This document shows, one piece after another, positions 24,847 to 37,869 of a stretch of DNA of 64,000 nt (its first letter is position 1; every line of letters starts with the position of its first letter). Source of the stretch: Ranitomeya imitator (Eukaryota); NCBI RefSeq assembly GCF_032444005.1, contig NC_091287.1, positions 46,872,001-46,936,000 on the forward strand, in the 5' to 3' direction. Position numbers and translations under genes: made by a program. Below the pieces are notes generated by a model that saw only the letters and a list, made by a program, of their open reading frames with translations, was not told the origin of the DNA and made no database searches.

Positions 24847-26817
24847 CGCAACAAAAACAACTGACCTGCAGCCAGTTTCCAGCTTCTGACAAGTATCACC
24901 ATCCACATCAAGTAAAAGTCCAATCCTCCACTGCTGCTGATTTCGTCATATTTGACGGGATGAATGGCACCACATGTAGAGCAAGTCCTTTACCAAAACT
25001 GCACACACTGTGTGTCAGGCATATTGAGATCCGTCATTGGACAGGTTGGACACCTCTTCATTTTGGGGGTTTTCTAATGCCATGACAGATTGGAAAATCG
25101 GAAATGAAAATGCAGATGTTCTCGGGCTGTAAAAACAAAGAATCTGCCGCAATCCGTCAGGCGATCTGCACCGTGGCAGGGACCGGTCTGCCCAGTCATT
25201 GGCGCATGAAGGTGTTAGCACCAGCACATCTCCATGGTACTAACACTCCTCATCACTCAGGAGCTGCAGGCTGAAACCACCTCACCAGCTGACAACAGAC
25301 AGCTGACATCTACACTCTGCAGCGTCCTCTCACCTGGATGTACGTCTCCTCACACAACACTTGTTTCTTCGGCTTCATAATGGCAGCTCTCTCTGGGTCC
25401 TCACCGGGCACAGCGAAGGCAGTGGACCCATGTTTCTGCGTTACTAGAGCCTCGGTATGTGAGCTGTCCGGTCCCGGGGCCGCCATCCTCACCACAACGA
25501 CCCAGGACTCAATAGCAGGAAAATACTGGACGTTCACGGAAGAGGAAGTGAAAGACGCGAGCAGCTGTGGTGCCGTCCATTCGCAGGGCTTGTTGGGAGA
25601 TGTAGTTCAATGTCTTACTGTACTACTATACAGTACGACCCAATACCGCACACACCTCTGAAGAATTAAAGGGCCCGCAGCCAAAAAACAGGCAATGTGG
25701 CTGCGGGCTGCACGAGATGATATCGCGGTCTAAACTCTAAAGTAGATTTAAGGAAAGTAATTTGCAGAAGCTTAGTCCAGCTGCCATGTTGGTACTCTAG
25801 AACTCTGTGAGCTCCCTATTAATTGCCACCATTCCCAGCACCACATCTGATTAGTAGGCCCGGATGGTCATCATTTTTGAAACTCAATGCACACTATGAG
25901 GCACTGGTCCAGCAGTCATGCACTACCAATGTGACTGCTGGACCAGAGTCTTCTGAATTTTTTTGCTCAACAGTACTTCATTGTAATTGGCCTGATCTAT
26001 CAAGACTGGCGTTTTGTTAACTGTAATAAGATATGTCACAATGTATCAAGGGACATATGCCTTGTAATGAATTTGGATCATCTTTCAGATACTTTTGTGG
26101 TGTAAATTCTGATGAATTTGTTGACTCACCCCTCCCCACTCAGCTCTGCCCACTTTTTAAAAAGTTGGTGGAGCCATCAGCGACTGTTGGAAAAACATTA
26201 AAAGTTGCACAATTTCACAGTTTTGCAGCAGAATAAAGGCAAATACTGTTGAATGAATTGGTCTCATAGCCTCCAGAAAAAAAATAACAATGTATAGCTA
26301 TATTTTAAAATTTTATGTCTAACAATCCATGTGTTAGTGTTTGCAAAATAATTGTCCATGGTGCTGGCAAGCCACGCTACGCCACTGTGTGATACTATTA
26401 TAATTGATTCAGTGTGACACAATCTACAGAGAGAGATAACTGGTTGAACTGTTTGTCAATTTAGACATTTTTATGAAGAATAAAAGGACCAAAAAGTTAC
26501 TCAAAAATTGTCATGTCATATGGTACACAAGCATTTTCTAAAACAAATTTGGGGAAAGTCAGGGTACTCAAAAGGAGTAACTTTCCCAAACACCACCATA
26601 AAAGCAAATATAAACATATAAATTTGGTTGCTTTAAAAAATGTTCGCATCTTAAACATTAATGTTTTCATCTTAAGTACATTGGCAGTCTAATTAGTGAA
26701 GATTGCTCCTCCATCTTTTGAGAACACTGTAGTCTCCTTAAGGATAAATTTAGACATCCAGATGAATCATTCTGAGCTCAGGTTGTACCTAGACTGAAGC
26801 GAGTGTCCCGAGTTTAA

Positions 26818-27168
26818 GGGTATGTGCAGACGATCCATAAGTGTCAGTGGTTTGGACGCAGCGCATGTCCGCTGCATCCAAAGCACTGCCGTCTATTGAA
26901 CGCACTGCGTGGATTCACTGCGTCCAATGCATTCTATTGGTGAAATTTCTCTTGCGAAGACTCGCAGCTCCGCAAGAGAAATTGACATGCTGTGGTCTGG
27001 AGAGACGCACTGCATGTCCATCTCCGTGGGTGTCTGTGGACGCATAGTGGGCATGGTATTTCTTGAAATCCCACCCACTATGCTGTAACATCTGGATGCT
27101 CAAGGTTGGACACTGCACAAGTACGCAGCGTCCAACCCGCAGCTTTTACTGATCGTCTGCACATACCC
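26818..27168. mobile_element. Harbinger-type MITE
   Basis: TIR GGGTATGTGCAGACG/CGTCTGCACATACCC, TSD TAA/TAA. Confidence 0.85.
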
Positions 27169-28557
27169 TAACAGTCTGGCATAACGTACACCCCACAAAA
27201 AGAAACAGCCTTACCAACAATAGATCACATTGCCATTGCCAATGCACTGGCTGAATGCAGTAGACCCCAATGATAAAGACACAAAGGTGAGACTTGTATA
27301 GGGCGCCAGCCACACAGGTAAGTGTGATGCACAAGCCTCATCTGTGTACTTTTTTAATACTAGCCAACCACCCTGTCCATGAATTGGTAGCTTTGTGAGT
27401 GGTTGCTCCATTAGTATTTTGCACTTGTGCTGCCTCTGCCCTCATTATGGGGGTCTACTGCATCCTGCTAGTGCATTGATAATCTAATCTATTATTGATA
27501 AGGCTGTTTCTCTTCCTGTGATTTTTTTTACCTAAGGTACGACCCCAACTTTTGGGAACTTGTTGAGTGGGTTTTGCCCATTTCTCCCATTTTTACTGAG
27601 CTGGCCAAAACTGGTGTAGAAAAAAACAAAAGTTGCTACATTTTTGTGCAACTTCATGTCAAACAAAAATTCGGCATTATGCCTGATGAATCGGAACCTA
27701 ATTTAGAGAAAAATTTCATCACAAAATTGACAAATAATATGCACATATGTGTTTAAAAAATGCACAAAAAGTTTCTTAAAAATTGTCCAGTCGAGGAAGG
27801 AGTCAAGTTCAGAGTCATGTGTTAGTGAGGAGAGTTCAGTCAGAGGAAGTGCTAGACTGTGACAGTGTTGACAGATTATAAGGCAGTGATGCAGCAGCGG
27901 CGAAGTGGTCCTGTCAGTGCAAGTCTCCAAACAGTATGAGGATACAGCTGAAGCTTTGTGCAGATACTGGGGCAATCTTGAGCCCAAGACCCAGACGAGG
28001 CATTGAGTGGCATGCCTCTGTCTCCCTGTGAGGAAGATTCCGGCCGGATCAAAAGGAAAGGCAAAGATGGTGGGCCTCAGGGAAGCTGATATTCCGGATA
28101 GAAGGTCTCTGGTAACAACAGGAGCTGTTGAGGTGGGGGCAGGTCAGACAGAACGGACGGAGTCAAGGACTTCTAGCATGCTGGACATTGGGAACATCCC
28201 GAGGACATTCTGTCTCACTCTGCGTGCCACATACACATGTATCCGAATGGCACAGTAAAACTGAACCTATTAAATCAAATCTGTTTTAAGTGCATTAATC
28301 AAAAATGAGTGTGAGATAAGAACATGATAATGTGCTATATAATTACAATTAATATTTATCAGATATTTTAGTCCAAATAAACTACTGATCCATAAAATTG
28401 GCTACAGAGATAATGAGGAAAATCAACAGATTAATGATGGCTACAGATGAATGCAGTGAGCATCAGTCCACACTGATACGTCAGCATGGTTTAATGTTCT
28501 TTGTTATGATAATTGTTCATTTTTCTGTTTAGGAAATTTATGCTGCCTCACTTTTAA

Positions 28558-30240
28558 CCCCTTCGTCCCGAAGCCTGTTTTCACCTTCCTGACAAGGCCA
28601 ATTTTTACAATTCTGACCACTGTCAATTTATGAGGTCATAACTCTGGGATGCTTCAATGGATCCCACTGATTCTGAGAACGTTTTCTCGTGACATATTGT
28701 ACTTCATGACAGTGTTAAAATTTCTTTTATATGATTTGCGTTTATTTATGAAAAAAACAGAAATTTAGCGAAAATTTTGAAAATGTAGCAATTTTCCAAA
28801 TTTTTATTTGTACGCCCTTAAATTAGAGTTATATTTCACAAAATGTTAGTAAATAACATGTCCCACATGTCTACTTTACATCAGCACTATTTTTGAAACA
28901 TTATTTTTTTGTTAGGAAGTTAAGGGTTAAAAGTAGTGACGAGCGAGAATACTCTTTGCTCAGGTTTTCCCGAGCACGCTAGGGTGGTCTCCGAGTATTT
29001 GTTAGTGTTCAGAGATTTAGTTTTCATCACGGCACCTGAATGATTTACAGCTACTATCCAGCCTGAGTACATGTGGGGGTTGCCTGGTTGCTAGGGAATC
29101 CCCACATGTAATCAAGCTGTCTAGTAGCCGCAAATCATCCAACTGCGTCAAGGAAAACTAAATCTCCGAGCAGTCATAAATACTCAGAGACCGCCCGAGC
29201 GTGCTCTGGAAAACCCGAGCAACGAGTATACTCGCTCATCACTAGTTAAAAGTTGAACAGCGATTTCTAATTTTTACAACAAAATTTGCAAAACCATTTT
29301 TTTAGAGACCACCTGTTGTGGCTTGTTTTTTACACTACGAGTTGACGTTTTTATTGGTATCATTTTCAGACACGTGACATATTTTGATCGCTTTATATTC
29401 TGATTTTTGGGAGGCAGAATGAACAAAAAACAGCAATTCAGGAATAGTTTTTTTTTATGTCGTTCCGCTTATAGTAAAATTGAACAGGCAGCTTTATTCT
29501 TCGGGTCAGTACGATTACAGCGATATTTATATTTTTTTCATGTTTTGGCGCTTTTACACAATAAAAACTATATTATTGAAAAAATAATTATTTTTGCATC
29601 GCTTTATTCTGAGAGCTATAACTTTTTTATTTTTCTGCTGATGGAGCTGTATGGTGGCTTCCTTTTTGAGGGACAAGATGACGTCTTCAGCGGTACCATT
29701 TTTATTTACATTCATCTTTGTGATCGCGGAATGATTATAAAGCATTGTTTTTTGCCTCTTTTTTTACGGTGTTCACTGAAGGAGTTAGCTAGTGGGACAG
29801 TTTTATGGAACGGGAAGTTATGGATGTGGCAATACCAAATATGTGTACTTTTATTGCTTTTGGGTTTTTTTTCACATAAATATATGTATTTATTAGAAAA
29901 ATATTTATTTTTTGTTATTTATTTCAGGCGTTTTTTTTAAAAAAAAATATATATATTTTTACACTTTGTTTTCTTAAACTTTTTTACATTTTCCCAGGAT
30001 GGGACATCACTGTACAGTATCAGATTGTTGATGCACTGCAGAATATCAGATCCGCATCTAACAGGCTCACAAACCACCTTACCTGCAGGGTCGTGAAGGA
30101 GACCACAGCTATCTTGAGGCTGGGGGCCTCCATAGAGACCATCAGAACAATGCGATCGCATCGCGTTGCTCTGATGGAAGCACACAGGGATTATGGATGC
30201 CAAATATGCACATAATCTAGACGATAGGCTCAAAACAATT
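28558..30240 (+). mobile_element. Left part of a non-autonomous piggyBac-type element containing a hAT MITE
   Basis: TTAA|CCCCTT start; interior matches 60121-60315 and 16930-17300. The right boundary is approximate. Confidence 0.6.
28934..29244. mobile_element. hAT MITE
   Basis: TIR TAGTGACGAGCGA/TCGCTCATCACTA, perfect 8-bp TSD GTTAAAAG. Confidence 0.9.
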
Positions 30241-31499
30241 TCAAACTCAGAGCTCAGCTGCTGTATCATGTTTGTAAAAACATAAAAAAAAAATTAATGT
30301 GCACTGCTCTGAACACAGAACAATTTCAATGCCACTAAATGACAATGTTGGATATAGCTGTATCACGTTTAGCAACAGAAAAAAAAAATATTTTAATGTG
30401 TGCGTGAGGTCTGCAGACAGCTTCATATCACCACCACAAAATGACAACTTGCGATATGGCAGGCTGTATCACGTTTAGCAACAGCAAAAATTATTTATTT
30501 TTGTAATGTGCATGAGCTATGCACAGTGGAATTTCACCACCACTAAATAACAAAGTGAGATATGGCATAGTTATTCACTTTAGAAACTGCACCCAAAAAT
30601 ATTTCTTCATGCACAGCAGCTCAAATCACAGAACTATGCCACCACAGCACTAAAAGACAAGGTGGGATACAGCAGGCTGTTTCACATTTAGCTAGTGAAA
30701 AAAATAAGATTTAGAATGCTATACTCGTGCATGGAGCACAAAAACTTGCATGACATGTGCCTATGTGACTTAATCTGTGGACCTCAGGAAATGGCAAAAA
30801 AAAAAAATAGCTGGAAGGTCGATTTCACAGCCACACAGGACACTACCTAGCTTTACTATCTGAGTAAGAAACAACCGCCTAGCTAACTACCTAAAATCTA
30901 GCTGCTAAAGCGGCCAGCATCAGGAGCAGCCTCTCTGTGTTGCTACAGTGTTAAAATGGAGCTAAAACAAGATGTCTGCTCTTTATATGGAGAGGGACAT
31001 GTGATTTCAGCAGCCAATGACACAAGCCATTGTGTCAGTTATTACATAGTTATTAAGGTTGAAGGATGTTTCCTGCGTCCTGATTGGCTGGCCGCAATGT
31101 GCACACATAAAGTTAGGAAAAAAATTGACTGTTGACAAGAACGCCGCGCCTCTGACCTTTGCAACCCCCCTCCCCTAATCAAACACGTGCTCATGATACA
31201 CCACCATTAACATAGCAAAAGTGCTGAAAACACTTTTGTGGCAATGCAAATATTTTCCCGCAATTTTACCAAATGTCACTGATTATTTCTGATTTTATAA
31301 GATTTTGCTCGTGTTTTTGATCACAAATCCAAATGTGCCATATTCGTGGCGAATTTATGTTTGGCGATCATTTTCCGAACAAATTCGCTCATCACTATTC
31401 ATTATAGCCTCAGATATTGTGGGATTAGTTATTATAAAGTATAATATTTTAGACTCTGCTGCTGTCTACGCCCGATGCTTCACCTTTGCTTCCTTTTGC

Positions 31500-31742
31500 T
31501 TCCTATAGGGGTAGATATCTATAGTTCATCAGTGCTGACCAGCTGTCAGTCAGTGCCGGGGCGGGGTTACAGCAGCCCCTCTCTGTGTACTCAGCAATGA
31601 CTGAAGCTGTGGCAACCGCACCTCTATGACTGAGGAAGCCGGGCTTTTAGAGTGGTGGCCACATGACTTTAGGATGATATTAACCAGCAGATTAACTCCA
31701 CATCTGCAAGTTAATAGTGTTTTTTGACATGACATGTTCCCT
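31500..31742. mobile_element. Kolobok/T2-type MITE right end
   Basis: Ends ...ATGTTCCCT|TTAA. The left boundary is approximate. Confidence 0.45.
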
Positions 31743-32319
31743 TTAAGAATCTCTCGTTAACTTGGATAAAGAGCATGCAACTCAACTCTAACTTTGTATT
31801 TATTCCCTTTGACTTTGGTGTCACTTGCATCATTTCTTCTTGTAGTAGGAGGATACCTATAGATGCTGATTCCATGTCAGTTATTCTCTTGTTTGGTCAC
31901 CTGAAGATATAATCTACTCTTTCTCCATCCACCATATACGTTCTTCAATGACCTTTTATTGGGCCATCTACAACCAGATGCGATTTGCTGGGGCTTATAT
32001 TTTACTCTTGATAACTTGTATATGTGGGTCCCTGATAACAGTCAATCAGACTTACCAGCCTGTACAGTGCTTTATTTATTCTTCAGTACTACCTCTGAGG
32101 GCTTTTTCTTCAGGAGCGAAAGATTGCAGCTGAAGTTCACGAAAAGTAATAGTGTGCTTTTTTCTTCCTGGTCCATATCTACCTATAAGCCTGTCAGGTT
32201 CAGTGAGTTGGTGGTAATATATTCTCTTTCCCAATGCCGCTCCTTGGCTTAACAAGAACTTGCTTTGAAGTGATTCGCTCCTCTCTAGTATACACGCATC
32301 TTGAAGATACCAGGGATGG

Positions 32320-32570
32320 TATTTATTTATTTCACTCGCCAACACACTCCACAGCGCTGTACAGACATCATCGCTGTCCCCATTGGGGCACAGAATCTAA
32401 ATTCCCTCCCAGTCCAGTATGTCTTTGCAGTGTTGGAGGAAACTGGAGAACCTGGAAAAACCCAAGCAAATATGGGGGGAACATACACCTTGCAGATGTT
32501 GTTCTTGGTGGGATTGGACCCTAGCGCTTCAAGGCTACAGGGTTAACCATTGAACCACTGTGCTGCTGTG
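32320..32570 (-). mobile_element. L2-dependent SINE-like element
   Basis: (TATT)n tail and a core GGAGAACCTGGAAAAACCC...GAACATACAC...GCAGATG resembling fish/amphibian SINE cores. Confidence 0.5.
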
Positions 32571-33249
32571 AATTTTCTTATGCAATATCAGATTTCTATG
32601 AGTGGCAAAAATATGTGAACCTTTGCTTTCAGCATGTGGTGTGACCTCCCTTGTGCAGAAATAGCTGCATCTAAACTTTTCCAGTAATTTCTGATTAGTT
32701 CTGCACATTGGCTTGGATGAATTTTAGCCCATTCTCCCCTACAAAATATCTTCAACTCTATTATGTTGGTGGACTTCCTCCCATGAACTGTTCATTTCAG
32801 CAAATTCCACATTTATATAAGTTTCAAGCACCATGGCAGTGCATATATAGTATTTGAAGAACGTGCATATAATATAGCAATAATATTGTTATTAATGTGA
32901 GCTCTCTGTTCCTCTTGCTGGTAAACTGACATTTTCTTTTTTGTCTAACTTTATGTGTGCACATTGTGGCTAGCCAATCAGGGCGCAGGAAACATCCACA
33001 ATGTCCTGACAAAACGGCTTGAGTCATTGGCTGCTTAAATCACATGTCCCTCTCCATATAAAGAGCGGACATCTTGTTTTAGCTCCATTTTGACACTGTA
33101 GCAGGGCAGAGAGGCTGCTCTTGATGCTGGCAGCGTTAGCAGCTTGATTTTAGCTAGGTAGCTAGGCAGTTGTTTCTTAGTCAGATAGTTTAGCTAACTA
33201 GTGTCCTGTGTGGCTGTAAAATCGAACTTCCAGCAATATATATATATTT

Positions 33250-35000
33250 ATCTATTATTGCGGTCCACAGACAAAGAGAGCAGTTTGTCATACAAACCAA
33301 AGAAAAAAAGCACAGAACAAAAGTCACAAAACAATAGGACAAAAAATTAAGGCTAAAGTACCTCTATTAGTTAGGGTAAAATATAGCACTATAAGCAAAA
33401 AGAGGTGCCCGCGGGGGTAGAAAAACAATACATAATTACACCAAATGCTAAAATACAGTAAATTTAATTATTAAAATTACAACCCAACTGACAATATGAC
33501 CAGCATAAAAAACATATGTGTGACTAATGTGAGTGTGTGTAAAAGAGATGCCAAAACAGTCAAATGTACGGTATATTAGATGTAACTAAAAACAATCATT
33601 CAAGTGCAAGTGCAAGTGGTGACTGAAAAAGATTAAATCAAATATTAGTGATAAATCACATTAAATAAACAAACTAAATCAAGCAAGGCACAAGTGCAAA
33701 TGTGGAAGGAGTGGGAAAGGATAGGACTGGCACTAGAGTGAAATGGTCCTAATAATTGCAATAAATGATATCAGAAAATGAACAGGCTACATATAGCCAG
33801 ATACAATAGATATCACAATTAAATAAAGGAGCCAATAGCTATAGTTAGGAAATGTCACGTCAATTATCTGCCAGAGGTGAAAGATTAGGCCTATTAATAT
33901 GGGCAGATGAGTAATAAATACCTGGTTGTATCGAGAACGCCGTGCAGGGCACATCCCGACGCGCGTTTCGGAACTTGTCCTTCGTCAGTGGGTGTTAGCT
34001 GTCAGCGATCGGTGGCTTATAAAGGGTGAGTACAGGCTGCCGATAGGAGAGGATCTGGTGGTAAGTGGAACATGCGCGTCGGAAAAGGCTGGAAGTCACT
34101 GGCACCCGTGCCATGTGACCGATTACGCCGAGTCACATGACTGCGACTCCTGTATCATCGGAGCCATAGAGACACAGGAAGCAGGGAACAGCCGATGTAC
34201 AGACTACGCATGCGCACAGCTCGGATCCAGTTCTATGGGTCTACATCATGATGTGACCGGACGAACATGGTAAAGGAAAATGTGAGGGGTAAGCGATGCA
34301 CTAAATGAAACAAGTAAGGACTGATAATGAAGATGGAATCTATTAAATGTGACCAAATTATGCAATAATAAACATATGCTGGATAATGAATTAAAAAAGA
34401 AAAATTATATAGTCAGGGGGGAAAAAAGCTTATGAAAGGCCAGAATGGAAGGGAACTGCTCAGATCACATTGAATGGGTTTAAATAAATATAACAGAACA
34501 AAACATGTAAGAAGTGAGCAAAATTAATTATAAATAATGTGCTAAATAGGATAAAGTTGGAGGATAATGGGGGGAGTGGGAAAGGAAAAGGGGAGGGGTG
34601 GAACAAGGAAAAGGAAAGGGAAAAGAAAAAAATAAGTTTTAAGTTTTCCTTAAAAGAGTATCCAGTAAGAAAAAAAATTCATAAAAATATTATTTTTTAA
34701 TAATACATAGGTAGTATGTTTATTAGATTAGTTAAAATTTAAAAAAATCACATTTCATTGAGTACTAATTGTCTTAGGTGTTCAAGTAAAATCCCCGCAA
34801 ATACAGTACGAGTTTTAAATATTGAGCTGTTTGTTAAAATTAGGTAAGTAACATTTTTGCATAACATGAGATGAACATTCAAAAACAATACCTGAGGTAC
34901 AGTTAACAAGACAACAAACCTATAAAACCTACAAGAGAAAAAATGAGCATAAACCATGCAAAGACAACAAACCTGTAAAGTAACATTTACCATGGTCATT
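33250..35000 (-). mobile_element. Penelope-like pseudo-LTR/UTR relic without ORF
   Basis: Same order as 4510-6100: A-rich flank, CAG|GTA donor-like site, hammerhead, GC-rich GCATGCGC block, A-rich flank. Boundaries are approximate. Confidence 0.5.
33951..33995 (-). ncRNA. Minimal hammerhead ribozyme (second copy, different stems)
   Basis: The - strand reads ACACCCA-CUGACGA-A-GGA(CAAGU)UCC-GAAAC-GCGC-GUC-GGGAUGU. The core is intact; stem I register is imperfect. Confidence 0.7.
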
Positions 35001-35506
35001 GGTTACCACATATCTCACACTTGCTTTCTACTCTCAGAAAATGCCCAAAAATTGTACAGAGAAGAAAGTAAAATATAAATAATAATATTTACTTGGGGTT
35101 GTAGGTACATACAATAAAACATATTAACCAGATATTGTCTACACATTTCACTCAAAATCATCTCATATATTAATTACAGAATATATCGAAAAGGTTTGCC
35201 TTACAGGTCCCAAGAGTCATAAGTGTTTAGAAGGCTCTTATATGCAGACATATTCCCACTATTAAAGACCTTTACTCCTAAAAAAATATACCAATATACC
35301 CTAAGATTTTTAACAAGATTAATCAGATACCAAGTGTGGATGATATATACAAAATTATATTTTGGCCATTTGACCCCATTGTTCTTGATTTTATCTGATT
35401 ATATCACATATTTACTTAGGTCAAATCTATCACCTACCTTTGGTATCAGATTTAACTTGTTGTCAAATTAAGAGTATACTTATATATTTTTAGCATTTTG
35501 CCAACA

Positions 35507-35948
35507 AAAGTTAAACCACCACTCAAGTGTTTTTTATTGCAGTGCTGGAGTAGTGCTACTAGTTTAAATTCCCTGCCCCTATTCTTATACTTACCAGCTG
35601 AAGTCTTCAGCTCTTTCCGACTCCGTTCCTGCTGGTCTCCACCAGTTTGTGACCTGCCGGATCATTGCAGCGATCCAAAAGTCGCAACTCAATGTACGTC
35701 TATAAGAGCCTTGTTCTGAAAGCCTTGATCTGGCTTTCATAGACTTGCATTGAGATCATGCATCTGTTAAGTTTGACTTTTGGTCAGTTAATAGTTGAGG
35801 TCGCAAGACAGCGTCGCGAGACTGGAACGGAGCCGAGAAGAGCTGAAGACGGCAGCTGGTAAGTACAAGATTAGTTTCAGGGAATGTAGATTACTAGCAA
35901 TACTAGCACCACTCCAGCGCTAAAATAAAAAAGCTGGAGTGGTGCTTT
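35507..35948. mobile_element. Palindromic Kolobok/T2-type MITE
   Basis: Degenerate TIR ACCACCACTC.../...GGAGTGGTGCTTTA with fold-back interior. Confidence 0.55.
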
Positions 35949-36244
35949 ATTGTTTTTTTTAACAGGGGGACATATGTTTTTGTAAAAAAGGTCACTAACT
36001 TGTTAAATCAAATAATATCCAATAAACTGACCTATCTTCAAAAGAAAACAGACTGTTAGGTTTCCAGATTCCAAATGACTATTTTGATTTTTAAAATTAC
36101 ATTCAAGATTTTTACATATTTTAGCAAGTCACCCCCAGTAAAGTGAATGATTAGATGAAGTGGTGTATTTATTCATATAAAAATATAGACCACTTAATTA
36201 TTTTCAATTAATTTAATGTATTTTTGCAAAATATAAATAAAATA

Positions 36245-37188
36245 CCGCATTTTCTGGCGTATAAGACTACTTTTTAACCCCTGAAAATCTTATCAAAAGT
36301 CAGGGGTCGTTGTTGCTGTAATGCATTTCTTGACTAAAGTGTAATTTTACCTGGTATTTTGCTGATATACTAGAGTGTATCGTTTACTTTTATTCTTCTT
36401 GCTTCACTCAATAAACATGATTTAAACAAAAAGTCAGGGGTCGTCTTATACACCGGGTGCAGTCTTATACGGTGGGTTTGGAGCTCTGCGGTCGCCGCAT
36501 ATGGTGCGGGGAGGGGTCCCGATGACGACGTGCCTCACCGGGAAGGTGCAAATGAATGAAGCCCGCCCTTGTATCCTATTACCTCCTTCTTTCACCCATC
36601 AGGCCCTCCCTTTTCTGCCGCTCAAATCCCATGGGGATAGAAGTGAAGTGGCTCCTTCTCTTTTACCCGTCTGGCCCACCCTTCTCTGCTTTTCAAATCT
36701 CGCAGGGATGGAAGTGAAGCAGCGCAGGCGCGCATGCGCCGCTGGACGTCCATCCTCGCGAGATTTGAGAGGCAGAGACGGGTGGTCCAGATGGGTAAAA
36801 GAGAGGGAGCTGCTTCACTTCTATCCCCACAGGATTTGAAAGGCAGAGAAGGGTGGGCCAGACGGGTGAAAGAGAAGGAGCGGCTTCATTTCCATCCTCC
36901 AGAGACTTGAGAGATAGAGAATGGTGGTCCAGAAGGGTGAAAAGAAAAGGAGGTAATAGAGTACAAGGGTAGGCTTGATTCACTTACACCTTCCCCCCTC
37001 CTCATCGGGACCGCTCCCCGCACAATATGTGGCAACCGCAGAGCTTCCCACACGCCGTATAAGACAACACACGGCATGTAAGATGACCCCCGACTTATAC
37101 AGCGAGTATATCCCAAACTCTATATTTTAAATGGAAAAGTTGGGGGTCGTCTTATATGCCCAGTCGTCTTGTACGCTGAAAAATATGG
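36245..37188. mobile_element. Non-autonomous Tc2/pogo-type DNA transposon with palindromic interior
   Basis: TA|CCGCATTTTCTGGCGTATAAGAC...GTCTTGTACGCTGAAAAATATGG|TA; internal fold-back centred on GCGCATGCGC (~36740). Confidence 0.75.
36311..36428 (+). mobile_element. 118-nt retroposed 3' tail (L1/Tx1-type) with 16-bp TSD
   Basis: AAAAGTCAGGGGTCGT duplicated at 36295-36310 and 36429-36444; AATAAA at 36410-36415 near the 3' end. Confidence 0.7.
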
Positions 37189-37869
37189 TAGTATAATAAA
37201 GTTACATTACAGGATATTATTAGAAATATATTTTGTGCCATGCAACACATGAATATTAGATTGGCCAAGAATGTCGAACATAACTTGTGGATTTGTCCTC
37301 TGATTATTTCTAGAAATGCATATTTTCTTTATCAGTGCTTGAGGTGTCACAAGGGTCTTATTGGTGTGATGTACAAGATAGCATTATGTGCTCTGATCCA
37401 AACATATCTCCCTAATCCGCCTAATTTTTACAGCATGAAGTCTCACAAATACACAGTGAGGTCGAAATAATGCAGTTCCTCCTCCCTTATACCCACTGTA
37501 TTGTATTTACTGTTTTACATTAGACTATAGGCAGGAAAATAAAGGACTCCATGCTGTTAGTAGGTGGAAAGATGCCTCTTGTTCATATTAGGATTAAATC
37601 TATATGTTGCTTTTACATGTGCTTCTAATTTACTAAAAATAAGTGAAGAGGAAAGATACTTTACATTACATAGATCTTTAGAAAATATACAAGTCATTTA
37701 GGTATTCCAAGCTTTATACAATTTTCTATATTGGCATTTTTTGAAAATACAAATATACATATTTAGTATATACATAATATAACAGAGCATGGCGGTTTTG
37801 AGCAGAAACCTCCAATCAATGTACTTTTTGTGTTGAGTAAATTGAATTCCTACTTTTGAACATGACTAG

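Larger units (their letters stand above)
30810..33234. repeat. Inverted pair of ~300-nt repeats (30810-31116 and 32945-33234)
   Basis: The arms are reverse complements with moderate divergence and contain CCAAT, CACATG and TATA-like motifs. Probably TE-derived. Confidence 0.7.

Noticed and set aside
29407-29940. 177-aa ORF
   Set aside because: Low-complexity Phe/Leu/Ile frame in the AT-rich interior of a high-copy non-autonomous element.
35000-35500. Possible RT/ORF remnant next to the second hammerhead
   Set aside because: I could not recognise RT or GIY-YIG motifs in the frames inspected.
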